From NCBI GenBank assembly GCA_019058275.1, contig JAHLVW010000016.1:14541-78540 (forward strand): a stretch of DNA of 64,000 nt. Direction: 5' to 3'. This DNA comes from Candidatus Heimdallarchaeota archaeon (GTDB taxonomy: Archaea; Asgardarchaeota; Heimdallarchaeia; JABLTI01). How positions within the stretch are numbered: position 1 is the stretch's first letter; the number at the start of each line of letters is the position of its first letter. Both the position numbers and the translations under genes were made by a program. Positions 1 to 9,642 of this stretch are shown here, piece by piece. Under the pieces are notes generated by a model that was given only the letters and a program-made list of their open reading frames with translations, did not search any database and was not told the origin of the DNA.

Positions 1-1479
1 TAAATTACTGATAAACAATAGTGACGAAGCAAAAAATAGAATAACTGATCCACCGATACCTGTAAAGATTGCAGCACCGAAATAGAATCCTCTGATTTTT
101 TCTGGATCTGATTCAAAATATTTAGTATCGCCACCAGCCAATCTATTATAAACATCTGTTTTATGTGTCCATAAAGAGCGAATATTTGTTTTGATAGTAG
201 ATAGTGATGTTACTTCAACGGGAATTTCCTTTGACTTTTTAGTCTCATCTTTAAACCAGATTGTTTCATAGGAATTCTTTTCTATAAACTTTAAGATACC
301 TCGATCGAATTTTGATAGACTGCCATAATATTCATCCTTTTCTGTTCTTTGGAAGAAAATTTCATCACTATCTGTTGTTTGTATTAATTTGAGGTATCCT
401 GTTTCTGCCAAATAGAATATCTCTGCAATAAAATCTATCTTATCAAATTTCTCATCCAGTAATGTTCCAACTTCTGCTGGTGTAAGATCATTCGGTGGTC
501 CTACTTCACTAACAACACGCATCCCATCACCACATTGAGGACAGTATTTTATTTTTCGCAAGTCTCTAAAACCACATTGGAAGCATTTTTTCATTGCAAC
601 TTCATTTAATGTTGGAATTACTTTTGCTTTGGGATCTATCCCTTTTACAAGAAAAGCAATGATAAAGAACAGAAATATTGGAACAAATCCAATAGCTATT
701 ACTAATATCCAATTTGTATTTAGATATACCCTCCAAGAGAAAGGCATATCAATTCCTGCTGGTGGTGAATCTGTATCAATAGTATAGCTTGAGTAAGGAG
801 CGACTACGCTTTGATGATAAGTTACTATTGTATGACCAGTTACATTTGCTACAGATCCAGCATCGTTACCTTGTGATTGTCCCTCATAATAAGTTGTTGA
901 ATTAATATCACTTAAAGAGTATTCTTTTGGAAAAATCACAGTAGTATCAATATCATATATTGAGACTTCAAATTCACCACCAATGACATTCCAGTAAACC
1001 CTATCTCGATTCCCACGGAGATCCATTGCTGAAGATACATTGTAAGTTAGAATAAAAATGTATTCTGTATTTGATGGTACAGATGTTCTTAACCATTCCC
1101 ACTTAAAGTGGATTACTCCAGCTTCCCTTTCCATATCATAGTAATTTATTGAAGGAGTACCAGCTCCAGAGCTAATACTCCATGAATTAATGTCGTGAAA
1201 ACTACGCCATTTTAAATCTCGAAAAACAAATCCATAGGAACCAGCGTCTAACCTAAAGGTCATTTCCTCAACAATTAATAGTGAACCATCCATTCCAATG
1301 GTTATATTTTGATTCCAATCTGAATAAATATAACCATTAGTATCCAAACCGCCACCACTAATGGGTGATTGTATTTTTGCTACAACATCTCTAGTAACTA
1401 AAAAAGCAATACTCATATTGAGTGAAATGACTATTAAGAGTAAAACAATTGATTTAATTTGTCTGTTTTTTATTTTCAA
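1..1479 (-). CDS. DUF2207-family membrane protein with inserted zinc ribbon (3' end outside window)
   Basis: Not in the ORF track because it runs off the window. TTG at 1479 is preceded by GGAGG. Translation: signal/TM MKIKNRQIKSIVLLLIVISL, then NITIGMDGSLLIVEEMTF, VYWNVIGGEF, a TM helix, CFQC..CPQC, and PPNDLTPAEVGTLLD..FYLAETGYLKL, which are typical DUF2207 motifs. Confidence 0.8.
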   Translation of the reverse strand, partial: MKIKNRQIKSIVLLLIVISLNMSIAFLVTRDVVAKIQSPISGGGLDTNGYIYSDWNQNITIGMDGSLLIVEEMTFRLDAGSYGFVFRDLKWRSFHDINSWSISSGAGTPSINYYDMEREAGVIHFKWEWLRTSVPSNTEYIFILTYNVSSAMDLRGNRDRVYWNVIGGEFEVSIYDIDTTVIFPKEYSLSDINSTTYYEGQSQGNDAGSVANVTGHTIVTYHQSVVAPYSSYTIDTDSPPAGIDMPFSWRVYLNTNWILVIAIGFVPIFLFFIIAFLVKGIDPKAKVIPTLNEVAMKKCFQCGFRDLRKIKYCPQCGDGMRVVSEVGPPNDLTPAEVGTLLDEKFDKIDFIAEIFYLAETGYLKLIQTTDSDEIFFQRTEKDEYYGSLSKFDRGILKFIEKNSYETIWFKDETKKSKEIPVEVTSLSTIKTNIRSLWTHKTDVYNRLAGGDTKYFESDPEKIRGFYFGAAIFTGIGGSVILFFASSLLFISNL

Positions 1480-2198
1480 ATTATTAGAATCCTCCAGCAA
1501 ATAACTGGCAGAATATTGATTTTTTTTCTTTTATGGGTAGTCTATAGAGAATTGTAATTTTCATTATTAAAAAAATTACCTTTCAGAAAAGAGAATGAGT
1601 AAAATAAAATTACTTTTTCAGTCCAAGCTATGCTTCAAGATGTAATATTGCCTTAAGACATATGTTTTATAAAACAGAAATACACTAATAATACAATCAG
1701 TGAAAGACAAAGGTTTAAAAACTTCGATGAAAGAAAACTGATAACGAAAAATTAACAATAATATAAACAGATAAACGATAAAAAGATTGAAAAGAAAAAT
1801 TCACAACATTGCTCTAACCAAAAATGTAGAGAGCAATTTCATCAATAATTAGGATTACTGGATTATTATTAATAATCACTCAAGATAATTTCAATTATTT
1901 AGGAGAATTAATGAGTAAAAATGGAAGAAGATTTCCATTTTTAAAATCAAAAAGCGGTAGTTTAAAAATACTACAAGAAGAGATAAAGAACATTCAGGAA
2001 ATGTTCTATTACTCTAGTAAAGAATAGATGAATTGTAGATTCTTTTTAATCTTCTAGTACACAAAAGAAAAGTGTAAATAAAATTCGAAAAAAAAGGAAT
2101 GTCTAGTTTAATTAAATGGAAAATTTCCTAAGTTTTCGATTGTTTGTTCTATTTTATTGTTAATCACTGAATCAAACCTATGGAGGTTAGATATACAG

Positions 2199-3644
2199 AT
2201 GAAAGAAAATAACGTTAACATAAATCATGATGATAAAGAATCAACTACTACCAAATATATGATCTATGCTGATTTTAACATAGATGGTTTAGTTGAGAAG
2301 CCAGATGTAGTTGGTGCTTTATTTGGACAAACAGAAGGATTGTTGTCCGAAGAGCTAGAACTACGTGAGTTACAGAAAGGTGGCAAAGTAGGCAGAATTC
2401 AAGTTTACTTATCGGTTAGGGGTGGCAAGACAAAAGGTAGTATTAGCATTCCATCAAGTTTAGATAAGGTTGAAACTTCAATTTTAGCAGCAGCTATCGA
2501 AACTGTAGATCGTATTGGCCCTTGTAATGCTAAAATTAGTATTAGAAGAATTGAAGATATAAGAAAAGAGAAAATGAAGAAGATTCGAGAACGAGCTTCT
2601 GAATTATTACAAAAATGGAATACCGAAGCATCTCAAGAATCTAGTCATCTCACAGATGAGGTTCTAAAAGCTGCAAGAATTGGAGGAATAACCCATTTTG
2701 GTCAATTACCGGCTGGACCAGAATTAAATGATTCAGATACAATAATTATTGTAGAAGGAAGAGCTGATATCGCAGCTTGCCTTCGCGCAGGTGTAAGAAA
2801 TACAGTTGCTGTTCAAGGAGCATCTGTTCCAAAATCAGTTATTAATCTTACAAAAAGGAAAACTGTAATAGCTTTCTTGGATGGTGATCGAGGAGGGGAT
2901 TTAATCCTCAAAGAATTGCTAATGTATGCAGATATTGACTACATTGCACGAGCACCTAAAGGTAAAGAAGTTGAAGAACTAAAACCAGATGAAATAATTG
3001 ATCAACTTAGCAAAAAAGTTCCAATTGAAATAGCAAGTTTTGTGTCAGAAATTCATGCAAGTGAAATTGTTCAAAAGGCTATAAAAAGAAAGGCAGCTAA
3101 AAAGATACCAATTGCAAAAGCGCCATATTCTAAAGAAAGAGTCGAGAGACAACCAATCAAGAAGGAAGCTGAGAAAGCAAGAGCTCCTCCCCCTCCTAGA
3201 GGAAGTCCTAGAAAGACTCAACCTGCACCTAAAGATTATAGAACAGATTCAAGACAAACTACAAGACGTGCACCTCCTAGAGATAGTAGAAGGAGATATC
3301 CACAAAGGGATAGAAGACCCTCATATAGAGATTCTCGTCCTAGAACATTTAAACCAAAAATACCCGAAGAGTTAATGCCAATAGTAAAAGAAATCGACAA
3401 TAAAGAAAAACAAGAAGGTATATTTCTTAACGAAAAATTGAAGAAAGTAAAGAGAGTACCAGTCGAAGCAATATACGATGAAATTAAGAAATCAAAAGGC
3501 GTAACCAAAGTGGTCTTCGATGGAGTTATAACTCAAAGACTAATTGATGCTTGCAACGAAAAGAAGATTGATGTTATAATTGGTGCAAGAATGGCAGATG
3601 TAGAAAAACGTCCTGCAAATCTTAAAGTATTTACTTTTGCTTAA
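2199..3644 (+). CDS. dnaG: Archaeal DnaG (TOPRIM; primase-like, exosome-associated RNA-binding protein)
   Basis: VEKPDVVGALFGQTEGLL, IIVEGRAD, AFLDGDRGG and C-terminal VFDGVITQRLID motifs; ATG 2199 follows GGAGGT. Confidence 0.95.
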   Translation: MKENNVNINHDDKESTTTKYMIYADFNIDGLVEKPDVVGALFGQTEGLLSEELELRELQKGGKVGRIQVYLSVRGGKTKGSISIPSSLDKVETSILAAAIETVDRIGPCNAKISIRRIEDIRKEKMKKIRERASELLQKWNTEASQESSHLTDEVLKAARIGGITHFGQLPAGPELNDSDTIIIVEGRADIAACLRAGVRNTVAVQGASVPKSVINLTKRKTVIAFLDGDRGGDLILKELLMYADIDYIARAPKGKEVEELKPDEIIDQLSKKVPIEIASFVSEIHASEIVQKAIKRKAAKKIPIAKAPYSKERVERQPIKKEAEKARAPPPPRGSPRKTQPAPKDYRTDSRQTTRRAPPRDSRRRYPQRDRRPSYRDSRPRTFKPKIPEELMPIVKEIDNKEKQEGIFLNEKLKKVKRVPVEAIYDEIKKSKGVTKVVFDGVITQRLIDACNEKKIDVIIGARMADVEKRPANLKVFTFA

Positions 3645-3661
3645 AATTAATAACTCTAAAA

Positions 3662-3690
3662 TGTTGGTTAAATATAAAATTTAACCAACA
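3662..3690 (+). terminator. Stem-loop downstream of dnaG
   Basis: Perfect 12-bp inverted repeat TGTTGGTTAAAT-ATAAA-ATTTAACCAACA, followed by a T-run. Confidence 0.55.
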
Positions 3691-3790
3691 AAACCTCATT
3701 TTTTTAGTAATTTTGTTAAATTATGGATATAATATATAGATAATCTATTATTTTAAGAGGGCTGTTTTGTATAAGTTAATCGTGCTTAAA

Positions 3791-5377
3791 ATGTCTAGGG
3801 GTCAAGAAAAAGCTTATTCGGATGAATTTAAAAATAATAAATCTAACGAACATTCAGGTGAAGTGAATAAAACTCCTAGTGAATTTTCTGATGAATCTCG
3901 TATTATTAGAATGAAAGATATCGAAGATACGTTTGATGTTCCAATCCCAAAAGATCCCTTAAAGAGGATTATTGGGCAGGATTTTGCTATTAGAATTGCT
4001 AGAATAGCAGCTCATCAAAAAAGAAATCTTTTGTTAATTGGACCGCCAGGTATCGGAAAATCTATGATTGCTCAAGCATTATCTTTCCATTTAGGACAAC
4101 CATCAGAGGAAATATGGATAGTTCATAATCCTGAGAATCCTGAAAGACCCTTCTACGAAAGAAAGAAACTGCATGAACTAAAAAGCAGGAAAGAGAGAAA
4201 CATTAACAGTGGAGAGTATGGCAAGCTTATTCATCCATCTAAAGCACCTTTTGATGTTGCAGTAAAATTAGGTTTCGCTTGTGAACAATGTAGAAAGTTC
4301 TCCATACCAGAAACAAGAATTTGTCCACATTGTAGTCAATCAAAGAGAAAAAAAACTCAGTCTCGTTTTGGTGACTTACTTTCGCTTTCTCCTTTTAGAG
4401 CAAAATCAACTGATGGAACAAAAGTATCTAAGGCAATTCAACTTCCTGATGGTAGAGAAGAGATATTGCTTTTCGAAGAAGCTGGAAATAATATTCGTGT
4501 TTTTGATCAGGAAGCGATTGAATTATCAAAAGCAAAAAAGGGTCCACACCCTATGAAGGTTCTTGTACCTATTAGACGGTCTCTTTTTGTTCAAGCAACT
4601 GGTGCAAGTCCAACTGAATTATTAGGAGATTGTTTACATGATCCTTATGGGGGTCATCATAAATTAGGAACTCCACCTTACAAACGAGTAGTTGCTGGAA
4701 CAATTCATGAAGCTCATCAAGGTGTTCTCTTCATTGATGAATTATCTCAATTAGGAATATTACAACGATCACTTCTGACTGCTCTACAAGAGAAAAGATT
4801 CCCTATCATTGGTAGAAACCCTCAAAGTTCAGGAGCTTCTGTACGTGTTGATGATGTTCCATGTGAATTCGTGTTAGTGGCAGCCTGCAATATTGCTGAT
4901 CTACCAAAGATTATTCCACCTTTAAGATCCAGGATTCAAGGAGATGGGTATGAAGTCCTTCTTAAGACTACAATGCCTGACAATGACGTTAATCGATTAA
5001 AACTTATACAATTTATTGCTCAAGAAATCATAAGAGATGACAAAATACCAGTCATGGATAGAAAAGGTATTTTTGAAGTTCTTAAATGTGCTAGAATTAT
5101 TGCAAAAAAGATAGACAGCGAAGAATCTTCTTTAACATTAAGATTAAGAGAATTAGCTGGTGTTATTAAAGTTGCAGGTGATTTAGCTGTAACAAATAAT
5201 AATGATAGGATTACCAGCAAACACGTCAAAGCAGCAATGGATATTGCCAAACCTCTAGAAGAGCAAATTCTGCAAAGATATGGTTCATTTGAAGCTGCAT
5301 TTAAGAGCGAGAAAAGAGGCATTCCCACAACTTCAGATGATCAAAAACAAGCTCCATTCAACTTCTGGAATGGGTAA
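3791..5377 (+). CDS. LonB-type AAA+ ATPase lacking the proteolytic domain, with Zn ribbon
   Basis: IIGQD, Walker A GPPGIGKS, LLGDCLHDPYGG, AGTIHEAHQGVLFIDE and LTLRLRELAG match the LonB ATPase. CEQC..CPHC sits where LonB has its TM insert. The protein ends before any Ser-Lys protease domain. Confidence 0.85.
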   Translation: MSRGQEKAYSDEFKNNKSNEHSGEVNKTPSEFSDESRIIRMKDIEDTFDVPIPKDPLKRIIGQDFAIRIARIAAHQKRNLLLIGPPGIGKSMIAQALSFHLGQPSEEIWIVHNPENPERPFYERKKLHELKSRKERNINSGEYGKLIHPSKAPFDVAVKLGFACEQCRKFSIPETRICPHCSQSKRKKTQSRFGDLLSLSPFRAKSTDGTKVSKAIQLPDGREEILLFEEAGNNIRVFDQEAIELSKAKKGPHPMKVLVPIRRSLFVQATGASPTELLGDCLHDPYGGHHKLGTPPYKRVVAGTIHEAHQGVLFIDELSQLGILQRSLLTALQEKRFPIIGRNPQSSGASVRVDDVPCEFVLVAACNIADLPKIIPPLRSRIQGDGYEVLLKTTMPDNDVNRLKLIQFIAQEIIRDDKIPVMDRKGIFEVLKCARIIAKKIDSEESSLTLRLRELAGVIKVAGDLAVTNNNDRITSKHVKAAMDIAKPLEEQILQRYGSFEAAFKSEKRGIPTTSDDQKQAPFNFWNG

Positions 5378-5382
5378 AAAAG

Positions 5383-5403
5383 GAATATAGTTAAACTATA
5401 TTC
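5383..5403. terminator. Bidirectional stem-loop between convergent genes
   Basis: GAATATAG-TTAAA-CTATATTC flanked by an A-run and a T-run. Confidence 0.5.
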
Positions 5404-5409
5404 ATTTTT

Positions 5410-6663
5410 TTAATCAGCAATAAGTTCGCCTAAGGTTTCAAGAGCTTCTTTTAAAATTTGAATTTCTTCTTCAGTATTGTATAGATATATTGATGCTCTT
5501 GCTGTACCTTCACTCGGTTTTATTCCGAGAGAATAATGAAATGGATTCGTACAGTGAGCTCCTGCTCGTATCATTATTTTGTAACCTTCTACATCATTAT
5601 CTAAGTAGTTTGCTATATCACCTGCAGTATCGATGTTCTTCAATTTGAAAGCTACCAAACTATGTCTTTTTGATGGATCCATTGGACCTACAATTTTGAT
5701 TCCTTGGACATCTTTTAATGCATCAAATAACTTTTCAGTAAGAATCTTCTCTCTAGCTTCAATATTCTCCATACCTATTGAATTTAGATAATCTACAGCT
5801 GCACCAGCACCGATTTCACCAGCATAGTTCTGTAAACCTGCTTCAAATTTATATGGAGGTTCCAAATATGTTGGAATCATTTCACCATTTTCATATTTTA
5901 CATCTTTAATGGTATCCCCACCAACGAGAAATGAATCCATTTCTTTTAATAGATGCTCTTTTCCATAGAGAAAACCAATACCTGTTGGTCCAAGCGCTTT
6001 ATGCATACTAACAGTACAAAAATCTGCATCTGATTTTTGAACATCCATTTTCTTATGTGGAAAATATTGGGCATCATCAGAGACTACGTAAGCACCATAA
6101 TCATGAGCTATTTTGATTATTTCTTCAAGTGGAGCAGTTGTACCACTTACATTTGAAGTATGAACGATCGAAATTAATTTGGTGTTTTTATCTATTGCAT
6201 TCTCAAAATCTTCTATATTAAACAACCCTTCATCATTTGCATCAACAATTTTTAATTTCAAGCCTTTCCTTTTAACTACTTTATGAAAAGGTAGAACACC
6301 ACTATGATGTTCAAGATTTGTTGTTATAATTTCTTGTCCCTTTTCGAAATGTAATGAATTAGCAACCAAATTCATAGCTTCAGTTGTATTTCTTACCCAG
6401 ATTATTTCATTAGTACTTCTTGAATTAACATGTTTAGCTATTTTCTCTCGAGCAGCATCTCTTAGTTCTGTAGTTTCTCGTGCAAGAGAATGTATTGAAC
6501 GTCCTCCACAAGCTCCCAGATTGTGATAGTAATAACATAAAGCATCAATAACTTGGTTTGGTTTAAAAGCCATGCAAGCACTATCTAAATAAATAATAGG
6601 TTTACCATCAATTTTTCTCTTTACTGTTGGAAAATCATCTCTTATTTTTACCCAATCTACCAT
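5410..6663 (-). CDS. sufS: Cysteine desulfurase, SufS-type (class V PLP aminotransferase)
   Basis: IYLDSAC, EHHS, PLP lysine in SMHKALGPTG, KFEAG, catalytic RAGAHC, RASIYLYNT; likely start ATG 6663 after GGTGA. Confidence 0.88.
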   Translation of the reverse strand: MVDWVKIRDDFPTVKRKIDGKPIIYLDSACMAFKPNQVIDALCYYYHNLGACGGRSIHSLARETTELRDAAREKIAKHVNSRSTNEIIWVRNTTEAMNLVANSLHFEKGQEIITTNLEHHSGVLPFHKVVKRKGLKLKIVDANDEGLFNIEDFENAIDKNTKLISIVHTSNVSGTTAPLEEIIKIAHDYGAYVVSDDAQYFPHKKMDVQKSDADFCTVSMHKALGPTGIGFLYGKEHLLKEMDSFLVGGDTIKDVKYENGEMIPTYLEPPYKFEAGLQNYAGEIGAGAAVDYLNSIGMENIEAREKILTEKLFDALKDVQGIKIVGPMDPSKRHSLVAFKLKNIDTAGDIANYLDNDVEGYKIMIRAGAHCTNPFHYSLGIKPSEGTARASIYLYNTEEEIQILKEALETLGELIAD

Positions 6664-6755
6664 TATTTTCACCAAAAGTTGGATGTTGAAATTTATCAAT
6701 TGAAAAGAATTTGTGTCTATGAAAAACTTTTCTATACCTAGAAAATTCGACAAAA

Positions 6756-9017
6756 TTAATCTTTTATTAAAGGCGATACTGTTTGATGAATTGCTGCAAG
6801 CTTATCATTTTCAGGATACTGAATTCTTAAGCCTTTTAGCTCCATTATCAATGATTGCCAATATGAGTTTTCTTCAATTGAAGTTTCTTCTAAAATGACA
6901 TTTGTTAATGCTCGAGCTAATTCAACTTGAATGTTTTCGTTCAAAGAGTATTGCTTGAGATGTTTTCGCAAACTATCCAATTGCTCTTCAACAAGTTCGA
7001 ATTTGTCCAATTTATATGCCATTGTTATAATTCGTCTAGTTGACCTTGCAAGCATCTCTTGAATATCATTTTCTTCATGGAAATCAATGCTGATTGATCT
7101 AAGTTCATGGAGTAGACTCAAACTGCGAGTTAAATCTAAATCTTGAGCATACCAGCGTATTGAATGTGTTAATCCTCTTGCTAGTTGCACATTAATGACT
7201 CCATATGATGGAAAGTGGATAGCGATGTCCCTTAGCTCATCTAATTGAAGAAGCATCTCATTTATTTTGGAATTCTTGCCATAACTACTAATAGTATTCA
7301 CTAAAGCTTTTGCTAAGATTATATGAAAATCAATATTGGTAGGATCATCATCAATCCAATCTTTTATTTCCATCACCATTGGATTAATTAGCTCCAACTC
7401 ATTTATGTCACCATAAATTTTGATAACATCAACATAGGCTTTACCTAAACGAATTAACACCTCTAAGCTTTCTGTGGATTCAGTGAAATCTCTTAAAACA
7501 TCAAGCTTTTCGTCCATTTCACCAATTTTCCCATAGAGCCCAAATGCTCGAATTACATTTACAAGAGCTTTTGAATAGCTTAAGATTACCATGTCATCTT
7601 CTGGGTACTTTATTGTTAATTGTTTTGATTCAGATAAGTAATTCAAAACACCATCGAAGTTTTCATTGAATTCACTTACCATATAAATTATATTCACTAA
7701 AGCTTGAGAGTAAAACCTAACGATATCAATTATATCAGGATTTTTCTGATAAAGAGAGGAAAGTTCATCCAAAATTTTAATCATTAATTTTTCTTTGTTT
7801 ATTAATGAAAGCTCTTTTGTTATATTGAATAAACCTCTTCCTAGAAGGATTTTAATTTGAATATCTTCTGGAAATCTTTTGTAAACTTTCTCGACACTTG
7901 TTAATAGAGCATTTATCAAACCTACTTCCCAAAAAACACCTGCCCAAATTGCTGCTTTAAAGACACCCATAATTGCTAAAGATTGTATTCGTTTATTATT
8001 TGGCATTTCATCTGCAAGGGCTAGTAATTTTTTAGCTAGTTTCGTTGCATTATCCAAATCTTCCATAACACCGCAATGATCTAAAGCTATACGCAATCCA
8101 TTAGCAAAATGGATTTTTGCTTCGATATTTTGTGAAAACTCTTCAGATAAATCAGTTAGTTCATCAAGAATTTCTATCATTTCTTCGTATTCTTCTGCTT
8201 CACCAAACCAATTTATAGCTTTCACTAAACCATCCAGGTAATTCAATATGGATTCATTATCTAATTTAGTTTTTTCAAGGTAGAGCTCACGCATTAGTTT
8301 TAGAGTTCTTTTTAGAGATGAGAATTCGTGCATGTCTCCATAGCAATCAATTTCCTCTGAAAGTCCTTTAATTAGTATACCAGCCAAAAAACCATCAATT
8401 TCTTTTGGTGGCAACAATCCCTTTAATATGATATCAAATTCTTTGGTCTTTTCATAGTTCCAATCTTCACCAAATCCTCTAATAGCTAAAATAGTTGCTT
8501 CAGCAGCAGTTGTTCTTAGCATGAGGTCATCTGGATTATCAATTGATTTGTTAACAAGATAAATAACATATTCTTCAAGCTGATCATATAATTCATTGCT
8601 AATTAGAATCACTAAGGTATTAAGTATAGCATCGCTTAAGGATGCTAAATAATCAAGGTTGCCTTTATGTTTCTCAAATAAGGATATCAATTGATCAATT
8701 ATTATAGTTATGTTTTCAGCATCGTCTCCCTCTTGATAGAGATTTGCTATTTCTGATATACCCTCTACCATTGTATAGAAAACTTCGTAATTATTTGGAT
8801 GACTTTTAGTTATGTCAACTAAAATTCCCAAATACTTCCTAATAATAGTAGCATTCTGATTTAATGTTTGTTTCAAATTTTCACAAATTTCTCTTGTTAT
8901 AACTAATGGATCACCTTTTAGATCTATATCAAAATCCTCTTCACCAGCAATAATGTCTTCTCGCAAACCATCTTCATCGAGAAATTCATTATCTTCTGGT
9001 TCTTGACCATTAGTCAT
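6756..9017 (-). CDS. Alpha-solenoid repeat protein (about 44-aa helical repeats)
   Basis: Recurrent unit 'LAKALVN.I..YG....EM...LDELR.L...FP....I'; acidic N-terminus. Confidence 0.7.
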   Translation of the reverse strand: MTNGQEPEDNEFLDEDGLREDIIAGEEDFDIDLKGDPLVITREICENLKQTLNQNATIIRKYLGILVDITKSHPNNYEVFYTMVEGISEIANLYQEGDDAENITIIIDQLISLFEKHKGNLDYLASLSDAILNTLVILISNELYDQLEEYVIYLVNKSIDNPDDLMLRTTAAEATILAIRGFGEDWNYEKTKEFDIILKGLLPPKEIDGFLAGILIKGLSEEIDCYGDMHEFSSLKRTLKLMRELYLEKTKLDNESILNYLDGLVKAINWFGEAEEYEEMIEILDELTDLSEEFSQNIEAKIHFANGLRIALDHCGVMEDLDNATKLAKKLLALADEMPNNKRIQSLAIMGVFKAAIWAGVFWEVGLINALLTSVEKVYKRFPEDIQIKILLGRGLFNITKELSLINKEKLMIKILDELSSLYQKNPDIIDIVRFYSQALVNIIYMVSEFNENFDGVLNYLSESKQLTIKYPEDDMVILSYSKALVNVIRAFGLYGKIGEMDEKLDVLRDFTESTESLEVLIRLGKAYVDVIKIYGDINELELINPMVMEIKDWIDDDPTNIDFHIILAKALVNTISSYGKNSKINEMLLQLDELRDIAIHFPSYGVINVQLARGLTHSIRWYAQDLDLTRSLSLLHELRSISIDFHEENDIQEMLARSTRRIITMAYKLDKFELVEEQLDSLRKHLKQYSLNENIQVELARALTNVILEETSIEENSYWQSLIMELKGLRIQYPENDKLAAIHQTVSPLIKD

Positions 9018-9128
9018 ATTTATTCACTCGAAGAGTTTGTTACCCTAGTTTAAGAATTTACTATTAAAAGATTTTTAGGTAATTGCTTTGTGAGAAAAAA
9101 ATAAGTATAGAAGCAAAATAAAAGAGAT

Positions 9129-9548
9129 TTATTTTGCTTTGGGATTATTGGCTCCATCAACTGTTAATCGATAAACAAAGCAGTATATACCACCTACTAC
9201 CAACAGAAAGCCTGGTAATGTAAAGGAAGCAATTCCTAATATAAACAAGACAAGACCAACAATGGCTACATCGATTTTAATCATGATGTTGAAAATAGCA
9301 TTTATAAAGATCTTTAGACCGGCGATTAACGCTAAAGCTCCAATAAGGATATTTACAACAGCTCCTACCACGGTAGACCAAGTTGAATATCCAGCGTACA
9401 CAAAGAATCCTATACCATCTAAGAAATTCAAATTTTCAGTTTGGATAATGCCAATGATTAAACCAACAATTGCATTGGCTATTAATAAAGCTCCACCAAT
9501 AAAGAAGAAGAAAAATGCCCACTCTTCTGTTTTTTTAATTTCTAACAT
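9129..9548 (-). CDS. Small polytopic membrane protein, hypothetical
   Basis: About 4 hydrophobic Gly-rich helices; GGTGG upstream. Confidence 0.7.
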   Translation of the reverse strand: MLEIKKTEEWAFFFFFIGGALLIANAIVGLIIGIIQTENLNFLDGIGFFVYAGYSTWSTVVGAVVNILIGALALIAGLKIFINAIFNIMIKIDVAIVGLVLFILGIASFTLPGFLLVVGGIYCFVYRLTVDGANNPKAK

Positions 9549-9642
9549 CTAGTTCCACCATTTTTTGGTTTTATAGCATCTATATAAGCATGAGGGACAT
9601 TAAGTTAAATAAGACTTTCTAGTATTATCATCATATTATCTG

